A DNA stretch of 64,000 nt from Syntrophorhabdaceae bacterium (GCA_963665295.1 OY762209.1:2304001-2368000); one strand, 5' to 3'; shown: positions 49,966 to 60,107, counted from the first letter of the stretch. Numbers and translations are program-made. Notes: generated by a model from the letters alone, not told the origin.

Positions 49966-50429
49966 TCATAGTGTCTCCGGTGGTGGGGCCGATCGTAATA
50001 ACCGTAATCGTGGCCGCGGCCATGACCTCTCACCTCGGTCTTCTGTGGGGGTTCCTGTACCTTTGCGATTACCGCAAGGAGTTCGTCGTCGCCCGCGGCG
50101 AACTGTTTCGCTTCATCCAGCAATGCTACGCGATCATAGCGGGTGACCGTTTTTTCGTCCTTGCCGGGTTTTGCGATGCCGGCGAAGGGAAGGTCATCGA
50201 GGAGTTTCACGGCGGTGAGGATAACCAGAGGGTCTTTCTGGGCTTCGCCATATGAGACTACCTGGTAAAAGAGACCGACTTTCTTGGAGAATTCGGCTGA
50301 CTCCTTGGGGTCCAACGTCTTCGTTGCCGTCGGTTTTGTGTCCGGTTTCTTCTCCTGGGCCCAAACCGCGGTGAAAGAGACGGCGCACATGAAAACCATT
50401 AACCAAACAATGCATACAGCCTTTTTCAT
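49911..50429 (-). CDS. Secreted 172-aa protein with a helical body and His/Arg/Cys-rich C-terminal tail
   Basis: AAGGAGGT RBS before ATG 50429; signal peptide ending AVWA|Q; tail after TEVR|G has 7 His, 7 Arg and 4 Cys. Confidence 0.85.
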   Translation of the reverse strand: MKKAVCIVWLMVFMCAVSFTAVWAQEKKPDTKPTATKTLDPKESAEFSKKVGLFYQVVSYGEAQKDPLVILTAVKLLDDLPFAGIAKPGKDEKTVTRYDRVALLDEAKQFAAGDDELLAVIAKVQEPPQKTEVRGHGRGHDYGYYDRPHHRRHYECTWMNVCRHRHCDWVCR

Positions 50430-50727
50430 AAATAGTACCTCCTTGTGTGGATATATATGACCCCATCGAGCCACTGTTCATCGTAAGGGTCCGGCGGGAA
50501 ATGTCTTCCGCCGAACGGGCCATCCCCCGGAACTCAAGGCGACGGATGCGACGTGGGAGCCTCCATTAATTGTTTCATGATTTTATCAGGCCCCCCCAAG
50601 AGCGCGTTACGCTCTATTCTGATATGGTAGACGCAGATTGTCAATAAATTTCTGAGACTGGCCATGAAATATGAATAATTGACGATAGTTAGCGATACCG
50701 GTGGACGATTTCCGATCACGGGCCCCT

Positions 50728-51453
50728 TTATGTCCGCCTATTCACCCCGGACTCTTCGGCTCCCGCGAGTTTTGCGATCCGTTCCCTTACCTCGATCATC
50801 AGCCGGGTCCGGGCGGACCTGTCTTTTTCCTTCACGTGCACGGGTTCGCCGATCTTTATCTGTATAAGCCCCTTGGCCTTGGGGACAAAGCAACCTTCCG
50901 GCTGCAACCGGCCCGTCCCTCCTATCCCCACGGGTATTATGGGGACCCCTGTACGGAGGGCAAGGGAAAAACCGCCGTTCTTGAAAGGCAGGAGTGTGCC
51001 GTCTTTGCTCCACGTCCCTTCGGGGAATATTACGATGTTCATGCCCTCCCTGACTTTGCGGGCTGCTTCGTTGATCGCCTGGAGAGCCTTGCGGGGATTT
51101 TTCCGGTCCATGGCGATGTTCTTTCCTATCTTAAGCGCCCATCCGAGAAAGGGCACAAAGAAAAGCTCCTTCTTCGCGATCCACTTGAAGGACAGGCGAA
51201 GCGACGAGAGAAGGGCGAATATGTCGAGGGCGCTCTGGTGGTTGCACATGAATATGTAGGGGGGCTCGGATATGTTCTCCAGACCCTCCAGAGATACCCG
51301 GATGCCGCAGGCCTTGAGGTGGACTCTGGCCCATACCCTGCCCAGCCTGTTGACTCTTTCCCCTTTCGAGTCAAAAGGGAAGAGCATCAGGGCGAGGACG
51401 GAAAGGGACATTGTAGTGAGGATGAGGGTAACTATGGGGATGGCCTTCTTCAC
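50728..51453 (-). CDS. plsC: 1-acyl-sn-glycerol-3-phosphate acyltransferase
   Basis: NHQSALD, AKKEL..P.LGW, FPEGT, PFKNGGF; GTG start with GGAGG. Confidence 0.92.
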   Translation of the reverse strand: MKKAIPIVTLILTTMSLSVLALMLFPFDSKGERVNRLGRVWARVHLKACGIRVSLEGLENISEPPYIFMCNHQSALDIFALLSSLRLSFKWIAKKELFFVPFLGWALKIGKNIAMDRKNPRKALQAINEAARKVREGMNIVIFPEGTWSKDGTLLPFKNGGFSLALRTGVPIIPVGIGGTGRLQPEGCFVPKAKGLIQIKIGEPVHVKEKDRSARTRLMIEVRERIAKLAGAEESGVNRRT

Positions 51454-51700
51454 GGGCGTCGATGCCTCCAGGTGATTATAACCTTATTGACAATTTATTT
51501 GTAGTCGTACCAGGGGAAAAATAGTCCCGCCCCGAAGAAACAGGGCTCCGTGACGGCCCGTCGAGAGGCGTGGACCGGTCCTTGCTGTTATGATGCCGGA
51601 CAAGGGGATCGGCAAAAAAGAAATGGTTATACGGCTGCAATTGTGATAAATGATTGACAGGGCGTTTTGCGCACCACACTGCTTTCAAGGGGGTCTATCC

Positions 51701-52294
51701 ATGGAACGACTGGTGGAAAGGGTAAAGGCAATTATCTTCAATCCGAAGCAGACATGGGAGACGATAAAGGGCGAGAAGACCACGGTGAAGGACCTCTATA
51801 CCTCGTATGGAGCGATTCTTGCCATTATCCCTCCTGTGGCGTCCTTCATAGGATTGTCCCTGGTAGGGTTGAACATGCCCGTTCTCGGCCGGTGGAGACA
51901 GCCCATTATGAACGGCATCAGCCACGCAATACTCTTCTATATTCTCTCCCTCGCGGGCACATTCGTCACCGCTTACGTGGCCGACGCGATCGCGCCTTCC
52001 TTCGGATCAAAGAAGAACTTTACGGGGGCCGTGAAGGCTGTGGTGTACTCCTATACGCCCACCTGGGTCATAGGCGTGTTCAATATTATCCCCGCTTTCA
52101 GCGGCATCGTGTGGATAGGGAGCCTCTATTCCCTCTATCTCCTCTATCTCGGTCTTCCTGCGATGATGGAGACTTCTCCTGAGAAGAAGTCCGCTTACGT
52201 GGCGATAGTGGTGGTTTCCACCCTCCTCGTGATGTTCGCCATCTCTCTCATTGCAGGACTGTTTCTCGCGAGCATGCAGGCAGTGAGACACTGA
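51701..52294 (+). CDS. Yip1-family membrane protein
   Basis: RVKAII..P..TW..I..E, LA.IP, AP.FG, YSYTP.W, LYSLYLLYLGLP. Confidence 0.85.
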   Translation: MERLVERVKAIIFNPKQTWETIKGEKTTVKDLYTSYGAILAIIPPVASFIGLSLVGLNMPVLGRWRQPIMNGISHAILFYILSLAGTFVTAYVADAIAPSFGSKKNFTGAVKAVVYSYTPTWVIGVFNIIPAFSGIVWIGSLYSLYLLYLGLPAMMETSPEKKSAYVAIVVVSTLLVMFAISLIAGLFLASMQAVRH

Positions 52295-52368
52295 CCGGCC
52301 CGGTGAATGCCCCCCTGTTACGACAGGAAGGGCGGCGACGGTTCCGGGGACTCGCCCGGGAGGAAGCT

Positions 52369-52769
52369 ATGACTCCACAGGCAAAGATCGGCTCGGCGAT
52401 TCTTGTATATGACGCCCTTTTCGCCTTGACCTTGCGCCGTACAGGATTAAGGACTCGGAATGGGCACTGGGCGTCAGGTATCGCTGGGGCTATCAGGGCA
52501 GGGTCACCGAGACCCTGTTTCTCTTCAGGCGCGTGGAGGGAAAACTGACAAAGATCTTCGAGAGCGACGTCGAAATGTATGATAAGCAGAAGGAATACAA
52601 GTCAATCCTGGTCGTGGCCGGAGAGAAGACCCAGGGGCTTTATGACCTTGTAAAGAAGACCAGGATAACCGGGATAGGGTCAGGCGAGGAGGATGGGCAG
52701 TCAACAACCGAGCAGACGACGTTCAGGTGGGACGGCCGGGAGTACGTCCGGGAGGATGCGCGGAAATAG
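52369..52769 (+). pseudogene. Frameshifted or internally deleted gene for a secreted protein (resembles PA3715-like proteins)
   Basis: GGAGGA plus ATG 52369 (MTPQAKIGSAILV) in one frame; a different frame, open 52413-52769, reads FRLDLAPYRIKDSEWALGVR...ETLFLFRRVEGKL...FRWDGREY. Confidence 0.55.
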
Positions 52770-52976
52770 GCCGACACGGGGCTCATGGCAAAAGGGCCGA
52801 CACCTTCTTCCTGCCTGTTTCTTTCAGGCCGGGCGTTTCTCCGGCAGACCGCGAGCGCTTCCCCTTGTCTCAAAGCTGACGGCACGAACCATGGATGATG
52901 GCATGTTGTGGCGTCGGCCGGTTCGCTCCGCTCTTTGGATCGGATCCCCCCCGAAAAGGGTTCCCGGGGGCGGGCA

Positions 52977-54002
52977 TCATTCCGGCAACAGGCTCCAGGG
53001 GTTGACCCCGTCCCTCCATATGGTTATTTTCCCGCTGTCGTCGCCGGATGCCAGCACCTTGCCGTCCGGCCCGAAAGTCAGGAAATTCACGGGGCTATTC
53101 CCGTGACTGAGCATCTTCCTCCGGAAAGGGGTTTTGGTCTCCCAGAGATCGATCCGCCCGTTATGGTATGACGAGGCGAGTGTCTTCCCGTCGGCGGCGT
53201 ATTTAAGGGAGAGCACTACCGACCGTTGGGTGGTGGGTATCAGTTTTGACATATCTGCGGTAGCCACATCCCAGAGCACGATATTGGGAAAATTGCCGCC
53301 TGACGCGAGGACCTTGTTGTCCGGCCCAAAATCGATAGAACAAACCCGACGGGAACGGCTGTCAAGGGTGGCTACCCTGTTTCCCGTGAACGGGTCCCAC
53401 ATAATAACCAGCCTGTCATCGGATCCCGAGGCCAGCAGTTTGCCGTCCCCGCTGAATACGACGCTATTGACGCCCCGGCTGTGACCTTTGAGTTCTCTTA
53501 CCTTCTGCCATGTCGTAGTATCCCACAGAATGATGCGGGAGTCGGCGCCGGCCGATGCGAGGAGCCTCCCGTCTGGAGAGAAGGCGAGAGAACCGAGCTG
53601 ATCGGAGCCGGAGCCGAACTGGAGGGTTTTGGTCTGTTTCCATGTCGTAGTATCCCACAGAATGATGCGGGAGTCGGTGCCGCCCGATGCGAGGAGTCTC
53701 CCGTCAGGAGAGAAGACTACTGAATTAACCGCTCCTTTCTTCACCCAGCCTCCCCCTGCCTCGATATCGCCATGACCCTTGAGGCCGGCAAGTTTCTTCC
53801 CTGTAGCGGCATCCCAGACCTCAACGCTCAACGCGTTGTGTCCCGACGCGAGGAACCTGCCATCGGGACTGAAGGCGAGCGAGTTCACCCCTGCCCCGGA
53901 AGCTATCTCGATCTTTCCCTGGTTTGTGTCGGCCCGGCCGTGAGGTATTGCGACGGATGATACGGCAATGAAGAGGGCAACGAAAAGCATCAACTTTTTC
54001 AC
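52977..54002 (-). CDS. Secreted 7-bladed WD40 repeat protein
   Basis: Signal peptide MKKLMLFVALFIAVSSVA; seven SxxFSPDGxxLASG....I.LWD units; GGGAGG before GTG. Confidence 0.9.
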   Translation of the reverse strand: MKKLMLFVALFIAVSSVAIPHGRADTNQGKIEIASGAGVNSLAFSPDGRFLASGHNALSVEVWDAATGKKLAGLKGHGDIEAGGGWVKKGAVNSVVFSPDGRLLASGGTDSRIILWDTTTWKQTKTLQFGSGSDQLGSLAFSPDGRLLASAGADSRIILWDTTTWQKVRELKGHSRGVNSVVFSGDGKLLASGSDDRLVIMWDPFTGNRVATLDSRSRRVCSIDFGPDNKVLASGGNFPNIVLWDVATADMSKLIPTTQRSVVLSLKYAADGKTLASSYHNGRIDLWETKTPFRRKMLSHGNSPVNFLTFGPDGKVLASGDDSGKITIWRDGVNPWSLLPE

Positions 54003-54247
54003 AACGAAACCTCCCGGATCGATTTTCTTCTCTGTAGCGTGATAAGGGGCGTCTTCCGGCGCGCAGTCAGGTTAAACTTCCTCTTGAAATTCTCTAAGAT
54101 AGTTTTTACATGAATACTGCAGGAAAGTCAAAGAACATTGCCGGGTTTGGCTTTGTCCCGTGACGCTTGCCTCCCGATTGACAATTATGCGAGTCAGGCT
54201 ATACTTTCAGAATAGTGCCTCAAATTCTTCATACCGGGGGGTCGATC

Positions 54248-55033
54248 ATGATCAAGAGGGAGGGCGTGTACAGGTTTCTTGAAGGCAAAAAGGGTTTGAT
54301 CCTGGGCATTGCCAATGAGAGAAGCATCGCCTACGGGTGCGCGGAGGTGTTTCGTCTCCTTGGCGCAGACCTGGCGGTCACCTATTCGAACGAGAAGTCG
54401 GAGCCATTCGTGAAACCCCTTGCGGAGGAACTGGGGGCTCCCATCTTCGCGAAGTGCGACGTCGAAGTCCCGGACCAGTTAGAGACGGTCTTCGGGAAGG
54501 TCGGTCAGGTGTGGGGGAAGCTTGACTTTGTGCTCCACGCGATCGCCTATGCCCCCAAGGAAGACCTGCACGGCAGGGTAACGGACTGTTCAAGGGAAGG
54601 GTTCCTGCAGGCCATGGCGACTTCATGCTACTCTCTCATCCATACGGTGAGGCTTGCCGAGCCCCTCATGACAGGGGGCGGTTCCATTCTCACCGTTACC
54701 TATTATGGCGCGGAAAAGGTAGTGGCGAATTATAACGTCATGGGCCCCGTGAAAGCGGCCCTCGAAAGCAGTGTACGCTATATGGCCGCGGAACTTGGCC
54801 CGAAGATGATCCGGGTAAACTCTCTTTCCCCCGGGCCCATAGCAACGAGGGCAGCGTCGGGTATCGACCATTTCGATGCCCTCATGGAGCGCGCTACGGA
54901 ACTGGCCCCCGAACATCACCTCGTATCCATTGAAGATGTGGGTGCTTTTGCGGCTTTTCTCGTGAGCGACGCCGCAAAGAGCATCACAGGCGCAGTCCAT
55001 TATATCGACGGAGGATACCACATAGTCGCGTAG
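54248..55033 (+). CDS. fabI: Enoyl-ACP reductase FabI
   Basis: GIANERSIAYG, TYYGAEKVV.NYNVMGPVKAALES, SPGPI.TRAASGI. Confidence 0.95.
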   Translation: MIKREGVYRFLEGKKGLILGIANERSIAYGCAEVFRLLGADLAVTYSNEKSEPFVKPLAEELGAPIFAKCDVEVPDQLETVFGKVGQVWGKLDFVLHAIAYAPKEDLHGRVTDCSREGFLQAMATSCYSLIHTVRLAEPLMTGGGSILTVTYYGAEKVVANYNVMGPVKAALESSVRYMAAELGPKMIRVNSLSPGPIATRAASGIDHFDALMERATELAPEHHLVSIEDVGAFAAFLVSDAAKSITGAVHYIDGGYHIVA

Positions 55034-55121
55034 GAGGAGTCCGGCGGCGGGTGGTGTATATCAGGAGAACCTTCTATTCAATACCCCCCACTGATTATGC
55101 GTCGCGGGTCACTCCGGAAGC

Positions 55122-56495
55122 TCAACCCTCGGGCAGCACTTCAAGGGAAAAGTACGCGTGAACTTCCGTACCCTTTCCCGCCTGAGATTCAAAGGCCAGA
55201 CGTCCGCCTGCAAGGGCCGCGCGCTCCTGCATGCCGAGTATGCCGAAGCTCCGGCCTTTGAGCGCGTTTCCGCGCATCTTCTCTACGTCGAAGCCGGTCC
55301 CGTCGTCCTTCACGGTAAGGTGGAGCTCTCCGTCGTGTTCGGCGAGGTCGACACGCACGTTCCGCGCTCCCGAGTGGCGGACTACGTTGGTGAGGGCTTC
55401 CTGCACGATGCGGAAACATGTCACTTCAATGAGGGGCGAGAGCCGTTCTTCCGTGAACTTCGTGTGAAAGGTGCCGGTGAAGCCGGCCCTCTCCGCGAGC
55501 CAGTTTATATACCATTCCAATGCCGCGACGAGGCCGAAATCGTCCAGGATCGAGGGGAGCAACTCGATGGACATGTTGCGGATCTGTTTGATAAGCCCTT
55601 CCACGATCTTCAGGTTTTCATCTACTATCTCCGGTGTTGACCTGGCCGTCTTCGACCGTTGAATGCGCTTGAGGCCGATCCTGAGTGCGGTGAGGCTCTG
55701 ACCTATCTCGTCGTGAAGTTCCCTTGCGATATTCCGGCGTTCGATCTCCTGCACTTCGAGAAGGCGATGCGACAGGGCCCTCAGTTGGGCGGTCGTGGCC
55801 TGCAGTTGTTCGTTGGTCTTTCTCGCGGCGTCTGTGCGCTTCTTTACAAGCTCTTCGAGATGGCCCCGGTATTTGTTCAGTTTTTTCTCTGTCTTCTTGT
55901 GCTCCCGTATTTCCCGGCCCAGTTCCTGGTTTGTCCTGACCAGTTCGCCGGTCCGTTCTTCGAGTCGTTCGTATGCGGCCTTCAACGCCGTCTCAGCGTT
56001 CCTTAACCCTGTAAAATCCGTCACGGAGAGGACATACCCCTTTGCGGGGTCGTTGTGATCGAGAGGGCGGCTGTTCGCGAGAACGGGGATGCGGTTTCCG
56101 TTCTTATGCAGCAGGTCATGCTCATATGAGGATAGCCTGTTTTTTTGGGGGGAACCATTCGAAATTGCCTCTTGAACCTTGAAGTATGCTTCGGTATCGG
56201 GATATATGAGCCTGATCGTCCTGCCGATCAATTCATCCTGGCCCCTGCCCAGGATGTCGGTGAAGGCGCGGTTGCACCAGACGAAGGCATCGTTCCTGAT
56301 GAGGCTGAGACCGTGGGACGAACTGCTCAGGACCGCAACGAGCAGGTCCTGGGATTGTTTGACTTTCTCGTGGGCCACCGCGAGTTCTTCCGCCTGGTCC
56401 CGGGCGTCCTCGAGGTTAAAGATATACTCCTGAAGAAGCCGGCGCTGCCGTTCGTCGTGATTTGTGTTCGTATCGCTCACAGAACGTCTCCTCAC
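55122..56495 (-). CDS. PAS sensor histidine kinase, HisKA_3 (NarX/UhpB-type)
   Basis: PAS, coiled coil, IARELHDEIGQ, QEALTNVVRHS, DDGTGF, FGILGMQER. Confidence 0.92.
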   Translation of the reverse strand: MRRRSVSDTNTNHDERQRRLLQEYIFNLEDARDQAEELAVAHEKVKQSQDLLVAVLSSSSHGLSLIRNDAFVWCNRAFTDILGRGQDELIGRTIRLIYPDTEAYFKVQEAISNGSPQKNRLSSYEHDLLHKNGNRIPVLANSRPLDHNDPAKGYVLSVTDFTGLRNAETALKAAYERLEERTGELVRTNQELGREIREHKKTEKKLNKYRGHLEELVKKRTDAARKTNEQLQATTAQLRALSHRLLEVQEIERRNIARELHDEIGQSLTALRIGLKRIQRSKTARSTPEIVDENLKIVEGLIKQIRNMSIELLPSILDDFGLVAALEWYINWLAERAGFTGTFHTKFTEERLSPLIEVTCFRIVQEALTNVVRHSGARNVRVDLAEHDGELHLTVKDDGTGFDVEKMRGNALKGRSFGILGMQERAALAGGRLAFESQAGKGTEVHAYFSLEVLPEG

Positions 56496-56950
56496 GAAGT
56501 AAGATAGGGATGGGGTCTTGCCCGGAGACTTGCGGCGGAAAGCCGAGTTTACCCTCTGTGGGACAGATTATCATTTCTTTATTTGTTTTTTCCAGTTCAA
56601 TCTGCCGCGGAACATGATCTTTCTCCGCGGACCGGGAGGAACCTGTATGATCCATGGCCTGCCGGCGTCCCCCGAAGGCACCGACATGGCGTGCGATCAG
56701 GCCTGAATCCATGGCGCGGCGGATTTGACATGGGGTACGAAACAAGGTATAGTTGGAGCTTCGTGAGGTTCAAGGCCCGGTCGCCCGGAAGGGCAGGGTC
56801 CTTCGAAATTGCCGCCCTGAGTCACCATCGGATATCGCTGCTTCTCCAGTACTCACATTGACAGGCAATTCCCGGAAGAACTGATGAAACCCGTCCGGAC
56901 CCTTAATATCGCGTTTCTCACGGAGTAGAGGACGGTCGGGGTGGAGGATT

Positions 56951-57301
56951 ATGAAGGCGATGAAAAAGATTCAGAATATAGCGGCCTTTGTCGAGTTTTT
57001 CACGGGGTCCGGGCTTGCCGTTTTCTTTCATCTGGTGCTCCATCACGAACAGGGGGCCTATATTATTTTCGGCATCGGTATACTTCTTTCTTTGAGCACG
57101 TATCTCCTCAGAGAGGATAACGAGACAACAAGGGATGTCCTTTTGGATCAATATCACAAGGCCCATGAGACCACTTTCATGATCGCCGGGATTGCCGATC
57201 GGGAATGCCAGGCGAAGGCCCATGACCATGTGGCCCACGCTGTTGCGTTGCAGGACGACATGGTCATTCCCACTGTGCCCGTCACCCACGGCTCCCCGTG
57301 A
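56951..57301 (+). CDS. Hypothetical two-TM membrane protein, possibly 3'-truncated
   Basis: GGAGG RBS; two hydrophobic segments then a helical region; upstream TTGACA/TATAGT promoter near 56726-56753. Confidence 0.55.
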   Translation: MKAMKKIQNIAAFVEFFTGSGLAVFFHLVLHHEQGAYIIFGIGILLSLSTYLLREDNETTRDVLLDQYHKAHETTFMIAGIADRECQAKAHDHVAHAVALQDDMVIPTVPVTHGSP

Positions 57302-57360
57302 CCGGCGAGAACCCCCGCGGGCGGCGAAGCGTTTGAACCCCGACCCGGAGGGATAGGCAA

Positions 57361-58959
57361 CTATCGGTAAATGCCGCAGGAGACCACGTGGTCGTCAACG
57401 CGCATGCAGTAGGTTGACTTGGGAACCACTTCTCCTGTGGAAGGGTTCAGCCAGTTGTAATCAATCCAGCCGCTCCCTTTTGCTTTCGCGATATCCACCA
57501 GTTCTTTCCCGAAGAGCTTCCCGTCCACGTCCTTCATGGCGGACACATTCTTGCCGATGAGGATCGGGTTCTGGGGATGGGCCCTCATGAAACCTTTCAA
57601 ATCCTGGACAAAGATATAAAGGTCCCCTTTTGCGAACATGCCGCGGGGGTTGTTGAACTCCCCGAAGGCCTTGTCCTTTCCGTGAGACCTCAAATAATCG
57701 GCCGCCTTTTTCACGAGGGCTATCGCCTCTTCCGGGCTTGCGGAGGCCTTCGTCAGGCTCTTGTCCTGGAATGTGTATTTTTGCATGAGCGTATTGAGCC
57801 CGATAGTGAGGGCGGCTATCTGTGAAGAGGCTTCGCCGTTTTCCCTGATGTTGCCGGACGCGTGACTCATGACCTCTGATATCTTCTGTATATTGCCGGT
57901 TATCTCGTTCGTGGTGGAGGTTTGCTGCTCGGAGGCCACGGCGATCTGGTTGATTTGGGAGGCAAGGGTATTTACCTGGTGGAGGATTTCCTTAAGGGCA
58001 TTGCCTGATTTCTCCGTCTCCTCCGTGCCTGTTTCCACTTCCAGGACCCCTTCTTCCATGGACTTTACCGCCGACTTTGTCTCGGATTGCATTGCCTGGA
58101 TGGTGCTGCCGATGTCTTTTGTCGCCCCCGTGGTCCGTTCGGCGAGCTTCCTTACCTCATCCGCCACAACAGCGAACCCCCGGCCGTGTTCACCCGCGCG
58201 GGCTGCCTCTATAGCCGCGTTCAGGGCGAGAAGGTTGGTCTGGTCCGCAATGTCGTTTATGATCCCGGCGATCGCGCCTATCTGGTCGGACCGTTCGCCG
58301 AGGCCCTTGATTATGAGGGCCGATTCCTTTACCCTCTCATCAATACGTGCCATGGCCGACACGATGCCCTGAATGATATTCTCTCCCGTGTGGGCGGACC
58401 GGTTTACGATATCGGAGCTTTCGGCGGCGACCGCGCAGTTCCGGGCGATCTCCGTCGAGGTTGACGCCATCTCCTCACTCGCGGAAGCGACGGAACTCAC
58501 CTCCGTCACAATCGCCTCGACGCCTTTTGTCATGAGAACGGCCGTTGTTTCGAGGGTATTCGAGGCGAAGGATATCTTTTTGCTGCCTTCCGAGACCTTT
58601 GCGAGGGTTTCCCGGAGGGTATCCATAAGGGCGTTGAAATTTTTCGCCACCTCACCGAAGGGGTCATCCGATGCGGCCTCCATCCGGCGGGTCATGTTTC
58701 CTGCGGATATATCTTTTATTGCGGCGGCCGCTTCCCTTACACGCGTGAGAACCGCTTTCCGCGCAAAGAATGTGACGGCCAATGAAATGATCACCATGAG
58801 GGCCAGCGCCGATACGGCGACGGCAACTTCGGCGGGTGTCTTACGGTCCATGAGCCAGAAGAACGATAGGCAGGCAAAGATGAGGAACAGGCACAACGTC
58901 ACGAAGGATGGCCCCAGCACCCCTGAAGATATTGACATATTCCATAGATTCTTTTTCAT
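57361..58959 (-). CDS. Methyl-accepting chemotaxis protein with C-terminal single Cache domain
   Basis: Two adjacent TMs, [44 protein letters not shown], then A.ALVKKA.......G...AF......G.F...DLYIFV...HP..P.L.GK.....KD.DGK...G.GW..Y.W..P. Confidence 0.92.
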   Translation of the reverse strand: MKKNLWNMSISSGVLGPSFVTLCLFLIFACLSFFWLMDRKTPAEVAVAVSALALMVIISLAVTFFARKAVLTRVREAAAAIKDISAGNMTRRMEAASDDPFGEVAKNFNALMDTLRETLAKVSEGSKKISFASNTLETTAVLMTKGVEAIVTEVSSVASASEEMASTSTEIARNCAVAAESSDIVNRSAHTGENIIQGIVSAMARIDERVKESALIIKGLGERSDQIGAIAGIINDIADQTNLLALNAAIEAARAGEHGRGFAVVADEVRKLAERTTGATKDIGSTIQAMQSETKSAVKSMEEGVLEVETGTEETEKSGNALKEILHQVNTLASQINQIAVASEQQTSTTNEITGNIQKISEVMSHASGNIRENGEASSQIAALTIGLNTLMQKYTFQDKSLTKASASPEEAIALVKKAADYLRSHGKDKAFGEFNNPRGMFAKGDLYIFVQDLKGFMRAHPQNPILIGKNVSAMKDVDGKLFGKELVDIAKAKGSGWIDYNWLNPSTGEVVPKSTYCMRVDDHVVSCGIYR

Positions 58960-59339
58960 CCGATTCCGTCACCCTCCTTGAGTGTATCTTTTCCTTCTCT
59001 CTTTATCGCCTTTCTGCGGAATTCATTAAGTCAAGCGCCCGGGCAGGTCCGGGGCCGTCCTTGAAATACGTGAAACCGTGATCTAAATTCTAAATGGGAT
59101 GATATCGAAGGGGATGCTGCACGGGATAGCGACCTGCCGCTATTGGCGGCAATGACGGAATCCGCCGTACGTATTTACACCATAGTCTCCGCACACACGG
59201 TATTCCCCGCGCATCCGGGCCTTGGCGGAAGTTGAGGACGGAGCGGTCCTTTCGACTTCCAATGATAAAAGGGGCAGGTCCTGATCAAAAGGCAGGTCTG
59301 CGAAGGGTCAGGGCGGAGGAAGGATGGCGGTGCTTTTGA

Positions 59340-60107
59340 ATGGCTTCAGGCATGAGACATAGGATCGTAGTGCGGCCCGGAAACGGGCAGGACGGGTCCT
59401 ATGGCCGCGCCGGCTGCGCGCCTGAGACCGGGGAATGGTTGAGGGCTTGTATCCGGGAAAGGGACGTGGTCATCAGGGACATCCTTCACCGTAACAAGAA
59501 TACCATGCAGTTCATCTCCGGTCTTCTCTACCTTCAGGCTGACGCTGCCGACGACGACCTGTTGCATAGGGTCCTGAAGGCCAACCAGATCCGCATCGAT
59601 TCCATATTTCTCGTTTATGAGAGGCTGTACCGGTCGGAGGGCCTGAAAGCGAAGGCAATAGACTTTTCCGATTATGTGCAGGACCTCCTCTCCCTCCTCT
59701 ATGAATCCCACGATATCGCCCCCGGCCGCATAGGCCTGAGCACGGACGTGCAACCCCTTTCCCTTGCGGTGGACACGGCTGTCCCCCTTGGGCTGATAGT
59801 CACCGAACTTGTTTCTAATTCCCTGAGACATGCCTTCTCCCGGGAGGAGAAAGGGCACATTTTTCTCAAACTAAAGGGCGGACCCGAAGACGGGTACGTC
59901 CTGACCATAAGAGACGACGGCAGAGGAATTCCCGGCCATGTCGATTTTCGTGAACCGAAGACCTTCGGTCTGAGGCTCGTGAATATGCTTTCGCGGCAAC
60001 TCCGGGCGACTGTTGAAATCGCGGGAGATAGGGGATGGGAGTCGAAAATTACATTTTCCGTGCCGGAGCGCGGCGAGACGAAGAAGGCAGGGGGTGTCCA
60101 TGGCTAA
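59340..60107 (+). CDS. HisKA_2-type histidine kinase without a recognisable sensor domain
   Basis: LHRNKNTMQFISGLLYLQ, ELVSNSLRHAF, DDGRGIP, FGLRLV. Confidence 0.8.
   Translation: MASGMRHRIVVRPGNGQDGSYGRAGCAPETGEWLRACIRERDVVIRDILHRNKNTMQFISGLLYLQADAADDDLLHRVLKANQIRIDSIFLVYERLYRSEGLKAKAIDFSDYVQDLLSLLYESHDIAPGRIGLSTDVQPLSLAVDTAVPLGLIVTELVSNSLRHAFSREEKGHIFLKLKGGPEDGYVLTIRDDGRGIPGHVDFREPKTFGLRLVNMLSRQLRATVEIAGDRGWESKITFSVPERGETKKAGGVHG

Noticed and set aside
56855..56930. CTGATGA suggesting a hammerhead ribozyme or fluoride riboswitch
   Set aside because: No stem II plus GAAA core, and no GGCGATGG-type 5' element.
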